Of a stretch of 64,000 nucleotides of DNA, positions 38,001 through 53,000 are shown piece after piece. The translations under genes were made by a program, and so were the position numbers. Location: the NCBI GenBank assembly GCA_965202585.1, contig OZ241834.1, positions 26,970,001 through 27,034,000 of the forward strand. Direction: 5' to 3'. The DNA comes from Thalia democratica. Its lineage: Eukaryota. The notes below the pieces were generated by a model, which saw nothing but the letters and a program-made list of their open reading frames with translations, was not told the origin of the DNA and did not search any database. How positions within the stretch are numbered: the stretch's first letter is position 1; every line of letters begins with the position of its first letter.

Positions 38001-41000
38001 CACTACGTGCAAATAATCGTTTGTTTAAAAAGTTAGATAAGTAACATTTTACACTTGTATGACGTAGGCTTACGTATGCGTTACACACTTCCGGTGCTTG
38101 GAACATTTTACACTAAATTTAGTACTTTTTCATTGTTGTAGTAGCTTTATTTTAAAATACTCAGTTGAAAAAAAAAACAGAGCTATAAGACATTTTGTTA
38201 GTTTAAGCAAGTAAGCTAAAGTTCAGTTGAAAATTTTTGATTAATGTTTTTGATTCACTTTAATTTCTTAAAATTTTATGGTACAAAGTCGTTAGATAAT
38301 TTTTAGTATTTTATTTATTAAAGTAGATGTAAATAGATGTAAGTTTTAACAAAATAGTTTAATGTCTGATTACTTGAGAAGAGTTTATATTAATTGCTAA
38401 AAGTAGAATATAAATAGTTTTAAAATGTTTAAAAAAATTGCTAATTAATTTTTAAACTATCAAGTTTTACTATAATAATTTAACTAAAATAACTGTAGCT
38501 TAATTTTTTCAAGTTGAAAAACTGTTCAAAATAAAACAAAGTTAATGTAATGTATAGTTAAAAATTATTAAAAATGTTTCATTTAAACTTTAAAAATAAT
38601 TCTGCAATTATAAATTGTGCTTATTAGAATATTTGTACTTTATGATAATATTAAAATACTTTTCTAATGCTTGATGTCCTAAAAAGTAAGTAAGTTAAAA
38701 TATTTATTTATTTATAAAGATTTTTGTTAAATATTTAAAATAAACCAATTAATCATAACTAACAGCTAATGAGCTTTGCATAGCATAAAATATAATCCTA
38801 AGATTTATTATAAAACATTTTAAAATTTAACTAAGCTATTTTAATCCTTAGATTATTTATATGCATACCAAAATATTTAGTCACTAATAAATAAAAACTT
38901 TTTTAAAAGTTGTAATGACAAATTAATAAAGTGCCATTAGTTTTAAAATTAATATTGTTTAATGTTTTAATAAAATATTTAGACTAGTTGACATCATTTA
39001 AAAAATGTTTAGTGTAGAACTTAGCTATAATTAGTATACTTTAAGCAGACAGTTTTTTAATACTTTTATAAGCGTTATAAAAAACTTTAAAATTAAACAA
39101 AGTTATTTTTAATCTTTTGATTACCAACATGCACAAAAAAGTATTTAATATCTTACAAAAAATTATTTTTAAAGTTATGATGACAAATTAATAATGTGTC
39201 ATTAGCGTTAAAATTAACTGTATTTAATAGTTTTTATAAAACAGTTAGAGTAGTTGACATCAATTGAAAAGTATTCAGAAGAAAAACTTAGCTATAATTA
39301 GCTTATTTAAAGTAGACAGTTTTTTTATTATTTCTTTTAAATCGTATAAATCAGTTAGTATGTTTTGAAAAGTTATCAGCAAAACAACTTATTTTCAGTT
39401 AGCAGAGTTGAAGTACACAGTTTTTTTTGCAACAATTTTTGTGTTTTTAAACGATTTTTTAAATATAAAGACATAGTTGTTTTTTGTAGAAAAAATTGGA
39501 AAAAAATAATAAAATTTCAAAAATAAAATAAGACTTTTCAACAAAACAATATTAAATTAGAAAAATAAACGTTGAACGCTCACTAAAACTCTAGTCTTTT
39601 TTAAAAATTCTAATAAAAACGTTAATTTTTTTTTTTAATTTTAACAGAGGCTAATGTTTTTATAAGTAACAAAATACTTGACACTTGTATGTACATATCG
39701 GATAAAAAAATCAATATTCAAAATATATAAATCCATGGAAAGCTATATACAGCTCGAAAAATGCAAGAAGTAAAACTGCCCAAAACCATCCGACAAGTCC
39801 ATAACCCAATGATAAAAAGCAGGACGCCCGAACTCCCCAAAAAACACCCGACCAACCTAAAACACAAAAAAGTGTTCCGGTCCAAGACCCAGGAAGAGCT
39901 GAAGACCCGCAAGAAAGTCCCGCTAAACGACAGCCTGGCCTTCACGAAGCCCAAAAGAAATGCGCACGGGTTCAGAAACCAGAGGCCAAAGTCCGTCGAC
40001 ATAAACTACTCCCCCAAGACGCGCGCGCACTTGGCGAGGAAGTCCACGGGGTCCAGTTTTTCCTTCTTCAAGATAAGGTCCCGGTCGGGGTCGAGCAACG
40101 ACGACAAGATGCTGGACTCTGGCATCAGGAAACGGTTGAGCGGTCACTTCAAGGACTCTTTGGAGGCGGTATTTACCAAGTTGAGTGACAAGCACGTGCG
40201 GTACCTCAGTGAGTTTGTTTGATTGACATGTCAGGAAGTTTTGAACATCAGGTTGATAATAAGCTAGAAGTAAATTTTGGTTTTGTAAAATATTTTTTGC
40301 AAGAAAACAAAAAGTTACCAAAATATGATGTTCGAACTTTAATTGAGTTAAATTAGCATGTGTATACCCCTCTTTACTTTAAGTTAGATAAAACACAACT
40401 TTAGGTTAGTTGAGATTTATAGAATACTTAAAAGCAATATATATAAACAGAGTGAACATAACTGCACTTAAAAACAGTTACACATGAAATTTATTTATAT
40501 TAAACCTATATTTAGTGCGTGTGTATTAAACCTACATAAAAAAAGTTACAAAATACATATTTTGTAGTTATCTAACTTTATTGTACTGTATTTTGGCTGA
40601 TATAAACAGTGATAGTTTTCACGTTAAAAAAGTACATGCTCAAAAAGTTTACTTGGCAAAAGTTGTTTCAATGATAACAAAATTTGCACAAGTTCTCATA
40701 AGCCTATATAAATAAAATACATAAAAAAATATTTCAAAAATATTTTTTTAACAAACAGTTGTTAAGTAATACTTTATGTGTGCACTTTAAAATAATTTTT
40801 TGTTAACTATCTTAAGTAATAGGTTTAAGTAGCAAAACTGAATGTGTATGACAGGCTAATTTTTTTGAATTTAAGCTCGGTTTTAGGGAAGTAAATACAT
40901 AATTAAAAGCTTTTACTCATAAGCTTTAGGTAAATAATTGATTATTTTTAAAAATTCAAAGAAAAAACTGACAGTTGTTTGTTTTTGCTCATTTTAAAGA

Positions 41001-44000
41001 ATGAGTTTAAGCTTAGCATAAAAATTCATTTAATCGCCGATGTAATTAGGAGATAGTTATACAACTAAATACTTTCTATTTAGACATTCATTTACGTAAG
41101 TTCATTAGTTTAAAATTTAAATTATAGATTAAAAAAATTTATTGAAAAAAGTAAGCTAGCAGTGTAAATAATACGCTTTTATGCTTTAGCAGTTTTAAAA
41201 GCTATTAAAAATTTATGAACAAGAAAGAAAGTCAATTTTTTAGATACGTTAGTTTTGTTAATAAAAACTATTTTAGACCTCGCAAAAGTGCTCTACTTAA
41301 AACTCTAACAATTTTGTATTTTTCAAAGTGTTACAGATAGTTATATAAATGTTAAGGTTTAACTCGCACTAAAAGTAAAATGCGTATATCAAATTAAAGT
41401 ATATGTCATTCAGACATTTTAACCGTTAGAGTGCGTATGCAAACCAGTATTATTGCTGTTTATATAGCTAACAACTTATCACTACAAGTAAAAACTATTA
41501 TACGAGATTATACGTTTTGTGTTATATAAAACTATTTACTAACTTTCACAATCCTTGACTATCATTAAGCTCATTTGCTAAACTTCCTTATTTTTTCCTT
41601 AAAAATTCAATTTAGCTTATACAACTAAAGCTTAAAATGTACAATGAGTATAAACACATGCTTAACGATTGCAAAAAATGCAAAAATATTAAAAATTTAT
41701 TCTAAGAACAGCTAACATTTTTAAAATTTAAAACTTTTTATATAAAAATGATCACTCCCTGATGCATTAAAAGTGTGCATTCATTTTCGTGGGAATTGTT
41801 TAAAATTAGATCGTTGCGGGTAGCTGCATAAATCTTCTTATAAATGATTCTTCACAGTCGGAACCGAGTTTCTCACGAGATTTGCATTTAAAAATTTTCA
41901 GTTCTTATAACAATGATTTTTGTTTTAAATTGTTATATTGGCTTTGAAGCTCGAGCGAATTGTTACGTAGTTTTTGATGAACTCTTACGCAAGGGTATTT
42001 TGAGCTGATGACGTAAAGGGTCATTTTAAAGTTTTCATTTATCATTTTTTGATCATTCAATTGCTTTTTATTCTACTCCCAAAATGAAACAAAATATGAA
42101 TTAAATATTTTCAACTAATTTTTGACAAAAGTTATTGGCTTAATTGTAGTCCATCTCTACAACATTAAAACTTATATTTTAACTTTTTACATATTTTAAG
42201 AAAAAAATTAAAGATATTTCAAAAAACAAATAGTTCTAAAAATTTCAAAAATACTTATTTATAAATTTTTGCAGCTGCTTGAACTAATTAAAGGTCAATT
42301 AAAAACATAAAGTATTTTAAACTTTTTCCAAAACAACAATTTCGCTACGTGAGTAAAAAAATAACATTGTATAGTACATTCTGCTTTTAAAGTTTACAAA
42401 TATACTATTACATTGACGTTAATTTTTTTATTTAACAATGAAATGACGTTAATTTGTTGTATTGCAGATTTATTTTTAGGCAAAAAATTGTTCAGAACTA
42501 CTTTGAGTAATTTAGCTTCCTGTAAAACTTGCTTTAAAAAATTTAAAACTTTAAAGAAAGTGACAGGTATTGTTTTTATATTAAATTTAAATACAGGTCT
42601 ACATTTAAGTTTTTTTCTAATACATTGTATAATGTATGTTTATTTTTTTTGTTTTGTTTTAAGTTTTAATTTTATCTTTTTTTTAATTTTAATCTCTGCC
42701 TTTTTGCTTTTACGAGGAAATGTTTTCAAATGACATAATGTTTTTGAGATTAGATATTTTAAAGCTCTTAAAGTGTAAAATAACATCATAAATCAACAAT
42801 ATGTGTCAAAGATTAAATACATCAGTTTTATCTTTTTATAGAAAAAAAGTTGTCAGACTATTCAACTTTATCTTTAATAAAAAAAAATTTATGCTTTCAA
42901 ACATTAATGGGAAAAGTTTTATGTTTTATTTTATAGCACGTTTTAAAATATGTTGAAAGTTGTATAAACCAATGAATAAACAAATTAAAAAATTTTACAA
43001 ACAGCTAAGAAATTTTATGAAAAACAACAAAATTTAAATGCAAACAGCCTTTAAGTTGTTATTTTACATTAACTAACTGTCCTAAAATGTTTAATTTGTT
43101 AAACTTAAGATTAAGAATTAGAATTATGAGTTTTTGTTGAAAATAAGCAAGTTACAAACTGCTAAGAGATTACATGAAACATTAATAAACTTTTAATGCG
43201 AACAATTTTTGAATTGTTAATTAACAGTAATTAAACTGTTGTTAATTAATTTTTAAGTTTATAAAATTAATAAATTAGAATATGCGAATGTTTGTGGAAA
43301 ACAAGCAAGTTGTTATTATGTTGCGGTTTTTGTTGTTTCCCCACTAAACAAACTGACAAATATTTGCCTGACGTAAACAGTTTAAACTTTGTGACCTTCC
43401 ACAACAGCTCAACTGCTCAATTTTTGATATAAATAACTTTGTATTTACACAAAATTAAAAAAATTAATTTGTTGTTAATTCAATTTAAACTAATTGCTTT
43501 TTTATAGAAAAACAAGCAATCGAGGCCTGCAGGTGGCTCAAGTCGGCAGGTTTTCCACAGTACGCCCATCTATATGAAGGTAAAAACTATTTAATAATAC
43601 TTATATAGAGTTTTAGTAATTGTTACTACTTTTGTATAAAGTAAAAGAACTTTTTTTTTCGATAAATTTATATCTATATGTTTTTCGCTTATGCTGTAAT
43701 AAAAAATTAAGACTTTTTTTACAATTCTTTTAGCCGATTTAGTAGCTCTTAAACAAAATGTTAGCGTTTTACATTTAATGGGCAAAACTTGTAGTTTTCA
43801 AGCGCTAGTAAATAAAAATAATTTTATTCAACTAATTTTTGATTTTAAGTTATAAAATCTTGTCAGATATTTTATTTACACACAACATTGTTTTAGCAAA
43901 ACAACCAACTACATTGTTTTCTAAGCAACTTAAGACCTTTTATGCTGATCGACGTTTAATCGTGATTAGTATCAAGTTGTTTAGCAAGCCGTCTCTTTTA

Positions 44001-47000
44001 AAATAAACCCCTTTGTTTAGTATTTTTCAAAATAAGTAGCTTAAAATAATTTAATTTTAGTTAAAAACTTTACAATCAGTTTAAGTTTAAACTTGATTTC
44101 ATGCACAAAAACTCCACAAATATTAGTTTTTAAAGCTATATCTTTTATGGTGAGCCCTGTTTGTTTATTTTAAACATTTTTAGCTTTAAAGTACTGAAAT
44201 TAAATCCAAATTTTGCCATTCAATAACCCATAAACTAAAAATACAGCAGCATTTCCAACACAAAGATTAAAATATAACAAATTATTATTTCCACACTCAC
44301 TCATAGTTTTTTGTCACAAAAGAATTTGTTATTACAACTCGACAGCGCTTACACGCCCACCAATGTTAGTTCAAGTTTAGTTATTTTAAGCGCTGTATGA
44401 CGTCACATAGAACGCTGACTTTCAATTCTGCTGCTGGAATATTTTTATTTGTGTACCTGTTGTCACTGTCAACTGAAAGCAAACGTAGCTTTTTTGGCGA
44501 GCTACGCAAAAATGAGGCGTACTATTGGCGTAATAAAAACAAATTACTTAATGAAATAACACAGTTAAAACAAATAAGATAGTTATTATTTTTTTACAAC
44601 TTCGCTGAATAAGGTTATTAATCCAAGTATACTTTTGCTCCATTTTTACAAAAAGCATAATACCACGTCTTGTTAGCGGTATGAAAATAAACCACTTAAT
44701 GATGTTACAAAACTGATAGAAATAAATGTTTTTAAATTTAATTAATGTTTTGCATTTTTTGCAGAGCAACGTTGTTAAATTAAATCTAGTTTGGCCTTCG
44801 TGTAACATGTAACATATTAAGAACACAAAGTAATTACTTTTATCATTTCATCAATTACTCTTGCAAAACTTTTTTCTTCACAAAAGCCCAAACTAATTTC
44901 GAAATGTCGTGCACACAACAATTAAAACAGAAAAAAAACTACGTACCAGCAACTTGGGCGAACCAAGGAACTGAAAGATAATTATATATTTTTTCATCGT
45001 GTCAGTAACGATGTTTGCTCTGAGGTCGAGTGTGCGTTAATTCGCTGTGCAAACTGCAAGAATGAGCGATTAAAATAATCTTCAAAAGAACAATGGCGAC
45101 TTTTTGAAACTGGCTACACTTGTTTGCTTTATTACTTTTCGACCGCAATTCATTTTCTGTGAATATTTTTATTTTTCACGCTTTAATTAGAGCCTCACTT
45201 GATTATCTTTAAAGCGAAAGTTAACAGGCTTTTGTGATGAATTGGCATATTTGAAAAGTATTTATTGCAAGTTCTAGGAGATACCAAGTTTCACCGCTGA
45301 GCGGATTGCCAAGCTGCAATGCTGTAATGAATAATTGTAAAATGTCATGTATGCAAATGTTGATGTTGTTGTCGAAAACATAATGTATTATTATTTTGAA
45401 ACTGTGCAACGGTTAATCAGGTTATTTTACAAAAATAAACAAAAGTTGAGTTGGAATTAGAAAATATGTATATAAGTTAGGCCAAAATTATTGGGTGTTG
45501 TTTCAAAGTGATGTAATATAAATTGTTTTAAGCAATATTCTTTGACAGATGGTAAATTTCCGATAAACTTAAACGATGTAAACATGGATCATGACTTCCT
45601 CGATCAAACTCAACTTGCTGCTATTGAAAGGTTTGTACTTTGCTAATGAATTTTTTCTAGTTTCTAGCTTTACATTTGCATAATCTTAACTTGGTGTTTT
45701 AAATTTACTCAAATAATTTACTATTTTTACATTGAGATACTTTTAGAATAGTGTGGTAGCAGTGTTACTAAGTATATAATTAACAAACAAGTTATTTAAC
45801 AACTACTTAGAGTTCAAGTTAAATAAACAGTTTGGTTGTGTATTTGTTTTGTAAAAACAAATTATTAACATAGAGTTTTCTTAACTTTATACGTTTATAC
45901 GGACGAATATATATTTCCAACAAACAAATAGCTAACAACCATATTACTTTCTTCCATGAAAGCAAAAAACAAAACAGGCGATCGATAAACGCGCAAAACC
46001 TTTTTTATGACGTCACAACAAGCTGTCGACGCGCGGTGTGCAGTCAACACTGGAATTACGGTAATTCACCCACAGAGATGCCTGAAACAAGCCCAACTGC
46101 GTAATCAAACTGGCATGCTCTCACATCAAAACCAGTGCGCATTGTGACTGGTCGTTTGCAGCCAGCAAAGTCACGAGGCGCATCGTAAAAGCATAAAGTT
46201 TTTTATAACGTTTCCTGGCATGAAAGCGAATACTTTGAATTTCGAATTAATAGTTTGTTTACCTTCGGAACCGCACAATAAACAATAGTCAGTGAATGCA
46301 GAATGAAAGTCATTAGCTTGGCAAATATTTACAAACAAATTTTTGGGTTTAAACCGGGCATTGGCTTGCACGCAATTTTTACTACGATTAAAGTAAAAAT
46401 GTAGGCTAAAACTTCTAGTAAAAGGCGGGAAAATAGGAAAATGAATAACATCCTTCCCAGTTAATCATTAAGCACTCACGAGAGAGTTCAAAGTCAATTC
46501 GCTCAGTTCAAGGTTCCACTGGATTTAATGACTACCGTCTGTTTGCTGTGTAACATATCTCGAGCCTTTCATATTTTTATCACACAACGAACTCATTGTG
46601 TTATAGGTGTTTTTCCATGTGGAAAATGAGAGGAAATTTCTGCACGTCCGGTAGCAAGTTGTTATGAGAAGCACTTATATGTCTAAAATAAACAAGTGGA
46701 AATGGGTTTAAGCGTTTAATAATTGAAGACAAATTTAAAAAATAGTGTTTAGATTTGCACAACTCAACTAAAATAATTGTGTGTTAAAAATAACTTGTTT
46801 ACTAGTTTAATATTGTTTTTTCCCACCTTAAGAGTAGTCAAATTCAAAACGGTTTCCATTAAGTATCAGTTACTAAAATCTATAAAAACCTACGTACTAA
46901 ATTGGAATACGTCAATGTAGCACGCTGACACACTATTAGTCCGTTTTAATCTCCTTAGATCTACGAATAGCTACAATATATGCTCAGCATTAAAATTAGA

Positions 47001-50000
47001 TTTACTAAAACCTCACAAAACTGCTAGTCATGGCGGCAATCTTAATATATTGTTCAAAGGTTAACTTACATAACTAAGTCTAAGTTTATAGATAAAAACA
47101 AGTATGAATAAAGCTGTACTAAAGAATGAAGATCAGCCAAAACAAGCTTACGTTAACCTAAAAGTTTTCTATTTACCCAAAATGCTCTTACAACCAACCC
47201 AATACAAATACTTTTATTTGCGTTACAATGCCAAAATCCGTGTTGCAAAAAAAAGTGTGTATTAAACCAAACAAATTTCTTGTAAGCCCGAACGTAAAAG
47301 CTGATAAGCAGCACACTTAAAAGAAAAACACAAGTTTGCAGAAAGGAGATATGTAATCTACAAAACTTACAGGCAACTTGTGTAGCGAGCAAATTCTTAT
47401 CTGCTGGTACATAAGCGAGCATGAGTAGCATTACTTCAAAGTCAGCCGCTGCCTCGCTCGCAAACTTTGATGTTTTCGAAAATTCTTTGCAAACTGCTGC
47501 TCTGTGCACGAAACCCGCCTGAACCGGCCGTAATTAATAACTGCAGATTATCTTTGTTTTCGCCGTTAAAAATAAGAATGTTTGGCAAATTACGCTGATA
47601 ACGGCAGCCGCAAATTTAGTTGTACAACACCATGGTTTTTTGATTAAAAAGTAGATTTTTTTCAGATTTTAATTGATTTTTCTTGTTGTGTGAATGTGCT
47701 GGGAAAAGTTTTTATTAAATTTTTGGTCACACTGACAAGGTTGATTATATGAAAGACGTTTTAATGAGTTCAGAACTATTTCAAACTTAATTAGTGGGAA
47801 TTAGCTTAATATTTAATTTTAACTTCACTTGTTTTTCTTTACTTTGGCGAGCTAAAAACAGAAAAAGTTTCTTTATTAAATAATAGTTTAAAACTTTTTA
47901 TATACTTGTATAAAAGAAATTCAAATCACTATTTAATTGAATATGCCCCATCTAAAGGCAAAACTACAAAAGTAAAAATAAAAACAGCCAAAGTAAAACT
48001 TTAATAAATGTAAAAGCTTACCTTTTCATAAAAAAGTCTTTAAACTTAACAAAGTTATATAAATTTTATTCTAATAATAGTAATCATTTAAATAATTCAA
48101 TATCAAGACTAAAATTTATGATATCTATAAACACAAACACAGCATACTGACTAAAATCAAATCTAGTTTGTATATATTCAATTGTGTTTTATAAAATTAC
48201 AGAAATTAAAAACATGAAATTTAAAAACAACAAATAACCATTAAAACTAATCTTGAAACTTTTTAAATTTTAAAATTTTATTTGTTCTAAGCATATTTCG
48301 ATGCTTGAATAATATTTTAAAATAAGCTGTAAGAAATTGTCATGTGTTACATAGTAAAACATTTTCACGTAATGCTGTTGTAATATACTACAATTCATTT
48401 CTATATAAAACAATAACACTTTTTGCACTGCTTAAATTTATCGAAAAAAAAGTAAAACAAGGTTTATTGAGCAGTAAAACTTTATTTATTAAGCTATGTA
48501 CATAAAACAGACTAATTTACCCACAGTAAACCAAATACTAGTTTTATTTCAATGATAATCCGTAATTAATTTCCTTTGATCATTTTTCAATAAAGAGAGT
48601 GAGTGCGTTGAAACAAAAAGCCGTTTGGTCGGCCGAAAATCTTACTTTGTGTTTTAAGCCTTTTTATAGCCATAAAATCGAGATTTATGTCTGCAGAGCC
48701 TTAGCTATACAACTGTAATGAACTTTCACTGAACCCGTCCACAAAGCTCATTACGTTTTACGAGTGATGTTGTTCGGTTATTAAAGATTAATAAAATGTA
48801 CCATGTTTGCACAGTGCTGTATGTTTATTGTAAAACCGACTAATCACGACTTTTGACGTCAGTTTTTGAAGTACGTCAACCGTAAAGAATACGGTTACAC
48901 ATTTACAGGCACTAAGGTTGCGGCTACAGAAAGTCGTGTTGAAAGTTCAGCAGTACTGCATTTCGAATTACAATGTTTACATTTGTTTTCTGGTAAGAGC
49001 ATTGGCGGTTTATGTTGCACTTTCTAATGGCCTGTGCTTGTTAATGCTAAAAAATAAATACTTTAGCTACGTGATATAATCTTGTTTAGCTCCACAATGG
49101 TTTTAATTGTTTCAAATGACATTTTACACGGTGTAATTTTACCCAGCGGTTTGAGGTGATAATTGAAAGCATAACTGTCTATTATAGTTCACAATTTTAT
49201 GAAAAAATGGTAAAACGATTCTGTTTTAAAATTTTCTTTAACTGAGAAAAAAAATGTTTTGAAATAACGGCAAAACTTACAAGTTAAGTTTATAAAAACT
49301 ATTAAATTTTGAAGAAATTTAAATACTGAACAAAATACTTACACTTATATGATATATTATGTGATAATCATAGACTGAAGTTCAAAAAGACACAAAAAGT
49401 CTCCAATTTAAAGTCTTATTTTGGAAAATGATCCAATTTCTAATGGTTACAGTCAATTTGAAAATTGCCAGAGTGTTATAAACCATTTCAACAACAAAAA
49501 AAACAGGTTAAATACGAGCTTCTTTCGTTTTACCGTAAAAAGTCTACAAGCCCAAACAGCGAGGACACATATATAAACGTCGCTCAACAAAACCACTCAA
49601 AACAAAATCACACCGAAACCGAATCGAGTCGGGATCGTTTGTTTATTTTCGTGTAAACACCCCAGAGCAAAGAAAGTCAAAGTTTGTGCGATGTTCCTAA
49701 AACAATACAAACGACCGCCAATCCCGAACACCCCCTGCACCGTGAAATCGTCGGTGCCTATAAATAAAAGGGTTCTCACCTCGTGTACAAAAGAAAATAA
49801 ATATATATATATGTGTGTGTGTGTATGATAAAACGCGTAAAATAATAAAAAATAAAAAGGCGCAAACAAAAGATGAAAGGGGCTGCGCCGCGCGATATTG
49901 ATGCGCCGTGTTCGTTTGAACCGACTTCACAACTTCGGTGTGACGTCACAATTCGATAACAAGCCGTGGCCGCTTTTGTAGTCCTTCATGGTGCTAAACA

Positions 50001-53000
50001 GGAAAGAGAAAATGAGTTTGAGTGTTAACTTGGCCTCCCAATCAACTTTGTTTGTGGTAAACAAGACACCCTTGTAAACAGTTGATGGCCTTATCGTGGT
50101 CTGTTTCGATAAAATGTTATAAATTACGATCAACGCAAAAGAGTTGACCTGAGTTTTTGTAAATAAATTTTGATAAAATGCCTCTTAAGTTGCTGTATTT
50201 CTTTGGTACACACAAACGAAGGTTTATTTGTAAATACTTGGATTTTTGTAAACGTCAAAAGCACATGGTGTGTATTTGTTGTTTTTATTTTTTCATGATT
50301 TTTAGAATAATAGTAATACTTCCAAATTTAAAAATAAAAGAAAGTTAAAATTGTGTTGGCATATGACTGTGAATATTTTTATAGGTTTTTATTATGCTAG
50401 TAATACGAGCTTTTAAAAACAAACATAAATGTGTCATGAGGTCTAACTTGTGGGCAATAAAAATGTTGTAAATGTTTGTAAACATGTTTTCATGTTTTTA
50501 TTACTTTAATAAATATTTAACGTGCAGGGTTGTTCATTTAAAACTTATTTTTACAACTATTTAGTAAAATATAAACTTAAATTATCATACCGTCTTAAAA
50601 CCTATTTAACAAAATTTCAATCAGTTACTTTAATTTATTACTTAAGATATTAGCTAATTTGCTTTATTTAAACTAATTGCCTAATTTAGCTAAATTAAAT
50701 ACTTCATCTGTGGTACAAAATTGTAAAATTTAAACATTTGTAGTTGAATCCTAGAATGTACGTTTATTATTTTTAGCTTATGCTTATATTTGTTTTTGTT
50801 TTGTAGATGTTAATTTTTGTTACAAATTTTCTTATTCTTTTATTATTAAGAATTTCAATGAACTTATTTTGTTTGATTGTAAAAATTAAATTATTAATTT
50901 TTCTAAAAGTTTGGTTACTATTATCTAAATTTCAAAAAGGTTTTAAGTTATTTCGAAAATGTAATTAATTACAAAGCATTTTAAAAGATAACAAAACATC
51001 AACTAAACTATTTTATTAATTTCCGTTTAAAACTCTTTCAGACAATTAATTAGTTTAATTTAGTTAATCTTCTGTTGGAAAGTCATAAAATTTCCGCTTA
51101 ACTTTCATTTGAAGTTTTGACAATTAAGTACAATTTTTTTTAATTTAATTTTTACTTTGTCAGTTAAGATTAGGTTCTAAAAATCCATAAATTATAAATA
51201 ATTAATTAGCTTTAAAGTGAAATCTTTAAAGCAGCTACCACTTTTACCTGTAAAATGCTTTAATGTCATAAACTTGGAACACTTTTAAACAAATTTATGC
51301 AAGAGTTAATTCATTTTGCAAACTTAATTAAACTCTGCTTTATTTTACATTAATTAATTACATGATATAAGCTAATTTATAAAAATTCTGAAACATTATC
51401 AGAGTAGACTGAAGTTTCAGCTTGTATGCAATATAATGTTTTAAACTTTTTTACAATTTTTACATGATTTTACTACCTAAAAAAATTTCAAACATGCTTT
51501 TTATACATTAAAAATAGTAAACTGAATAATTAGAAACACTATTTATCATTGCATGCCATTTACAACTTGTTTAAATCAATTATTTTTGTTTTCAATAATA
51601 ATTTTTTTTTTGTTACACTAATTAGCTTCACTTAGCTAGTTAAACTTTGAAAATAAATTCTAATGATGTATAAAGTTAACTTGTATAAACTAACAGTTTA
51701 TTGTTTAATTTTAACAACTACCTTACTTTAGTATATGCATATTTTTCTTTTTGTTCTAAAGTAGTTGTTTTTAATAAATAGTTAGTTAATAAACCAATGC
51801 AAAACAGGTTATAAGTTTTTATAATTTCCTTTATACTAAAAGAAACAGTTAATTAAAGTAAAAATTCAAAAAGTAAATTAAGTACTTTTATTAAAAAGTA
51901 GAAAAGCTGACTAGAAATAGAGTAGTAAGTTAAATGCAAAATGTATCAACAAAAAAAAAATTGTTAAAACAATTTTATTAGTTTCCGTTCAAGTGCTTTC
52001 AAACAATAAATTAGTTTTAATTTACTTAATCTTCAGTTGGAAAGTCATAAAGTTTGGTGATCAAATTTCATTCGAAGCGGTAAACTAATGAAACCTGCAG
52101 TTTAAATTTATTCTAAACAAATCGTAAAACAAAAGCTATAAAGTTTTGAACACTTCATTGATCCAAAAATAAAACCTTTAGAGCAGCTAGACAAATGAAA
52201 AGCTTTATTGTTAAAAGTTTTTAATGTGTAAAGTTATTTCTTAGACTATTAACTCCTTTTACAACTCAACTTTTTTTATTTATAACTCTATTTTTCTGTA
52301 AAGTTAGTTACACATGTTTTTTTATGTAAATTATTTTAAAAATATTTTTGTTTAACATAAAAGTAAAAATCTATAAAAATATTTTAAAAAGAGTTTAACT
52401 GTATTTTTAAGTTAGAAAAGGTTATATCTTAAAAACACTTATTTAAGTTTTTAAACAGATAAAAAAACAACAACAACAATAAAATTGTTTTATTAGTTTC
52501 CGTTTGAAACGATTTCAAACAGTTAATTAATTTTAATTTACTTAATCTTCTGTTGGAAAGTCATAAAACTTACCGCTCAAATTTCATTCAAAGTCTTAAT
52601 AATTAAATTAATATTTCTAAATTATTTAGTTCTGCTGTCAAGATTAATTATGTAATAAATTGCAGTACAAAACCTATAAAGCTCTCAACTAATTGATTAT
52701 TCAAGAAACCTTTTAAGCAGTTAGCTAATGAAAGACTTGTTTGTTCGAAGTTTTAAACCATTTTTTTTAATAACTTATACCTTAAGAAATCAGTATAAAC
52801 TACAAAATTTTATTAATTATATTTAACATTTTATTTATTACGTCACAGGAGACTGACGGTGCTGAACAAATGCGCGAGCCTCAAGCTGGACAGAAACATA
52901 TTTGCGGTTGGTTCGATTGTTTTAATTACCTCAATCGTTTTTGCCGCATCATCGTGTTTGTTACGTCACATTGCGCGCGTTTTTGTTTGCGTTTGTCCAC

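Noticed and set aside
41913-42008. C/D snoRNA-like arrangement (ATGATTT..TGATGA..CTGA) in a DLC intron
   Set aside because: Non-consensus C box, poor terminal stem, and no rRNA/snRNA complement recognised for the guide. A snoscan/Infernal run would settle it.
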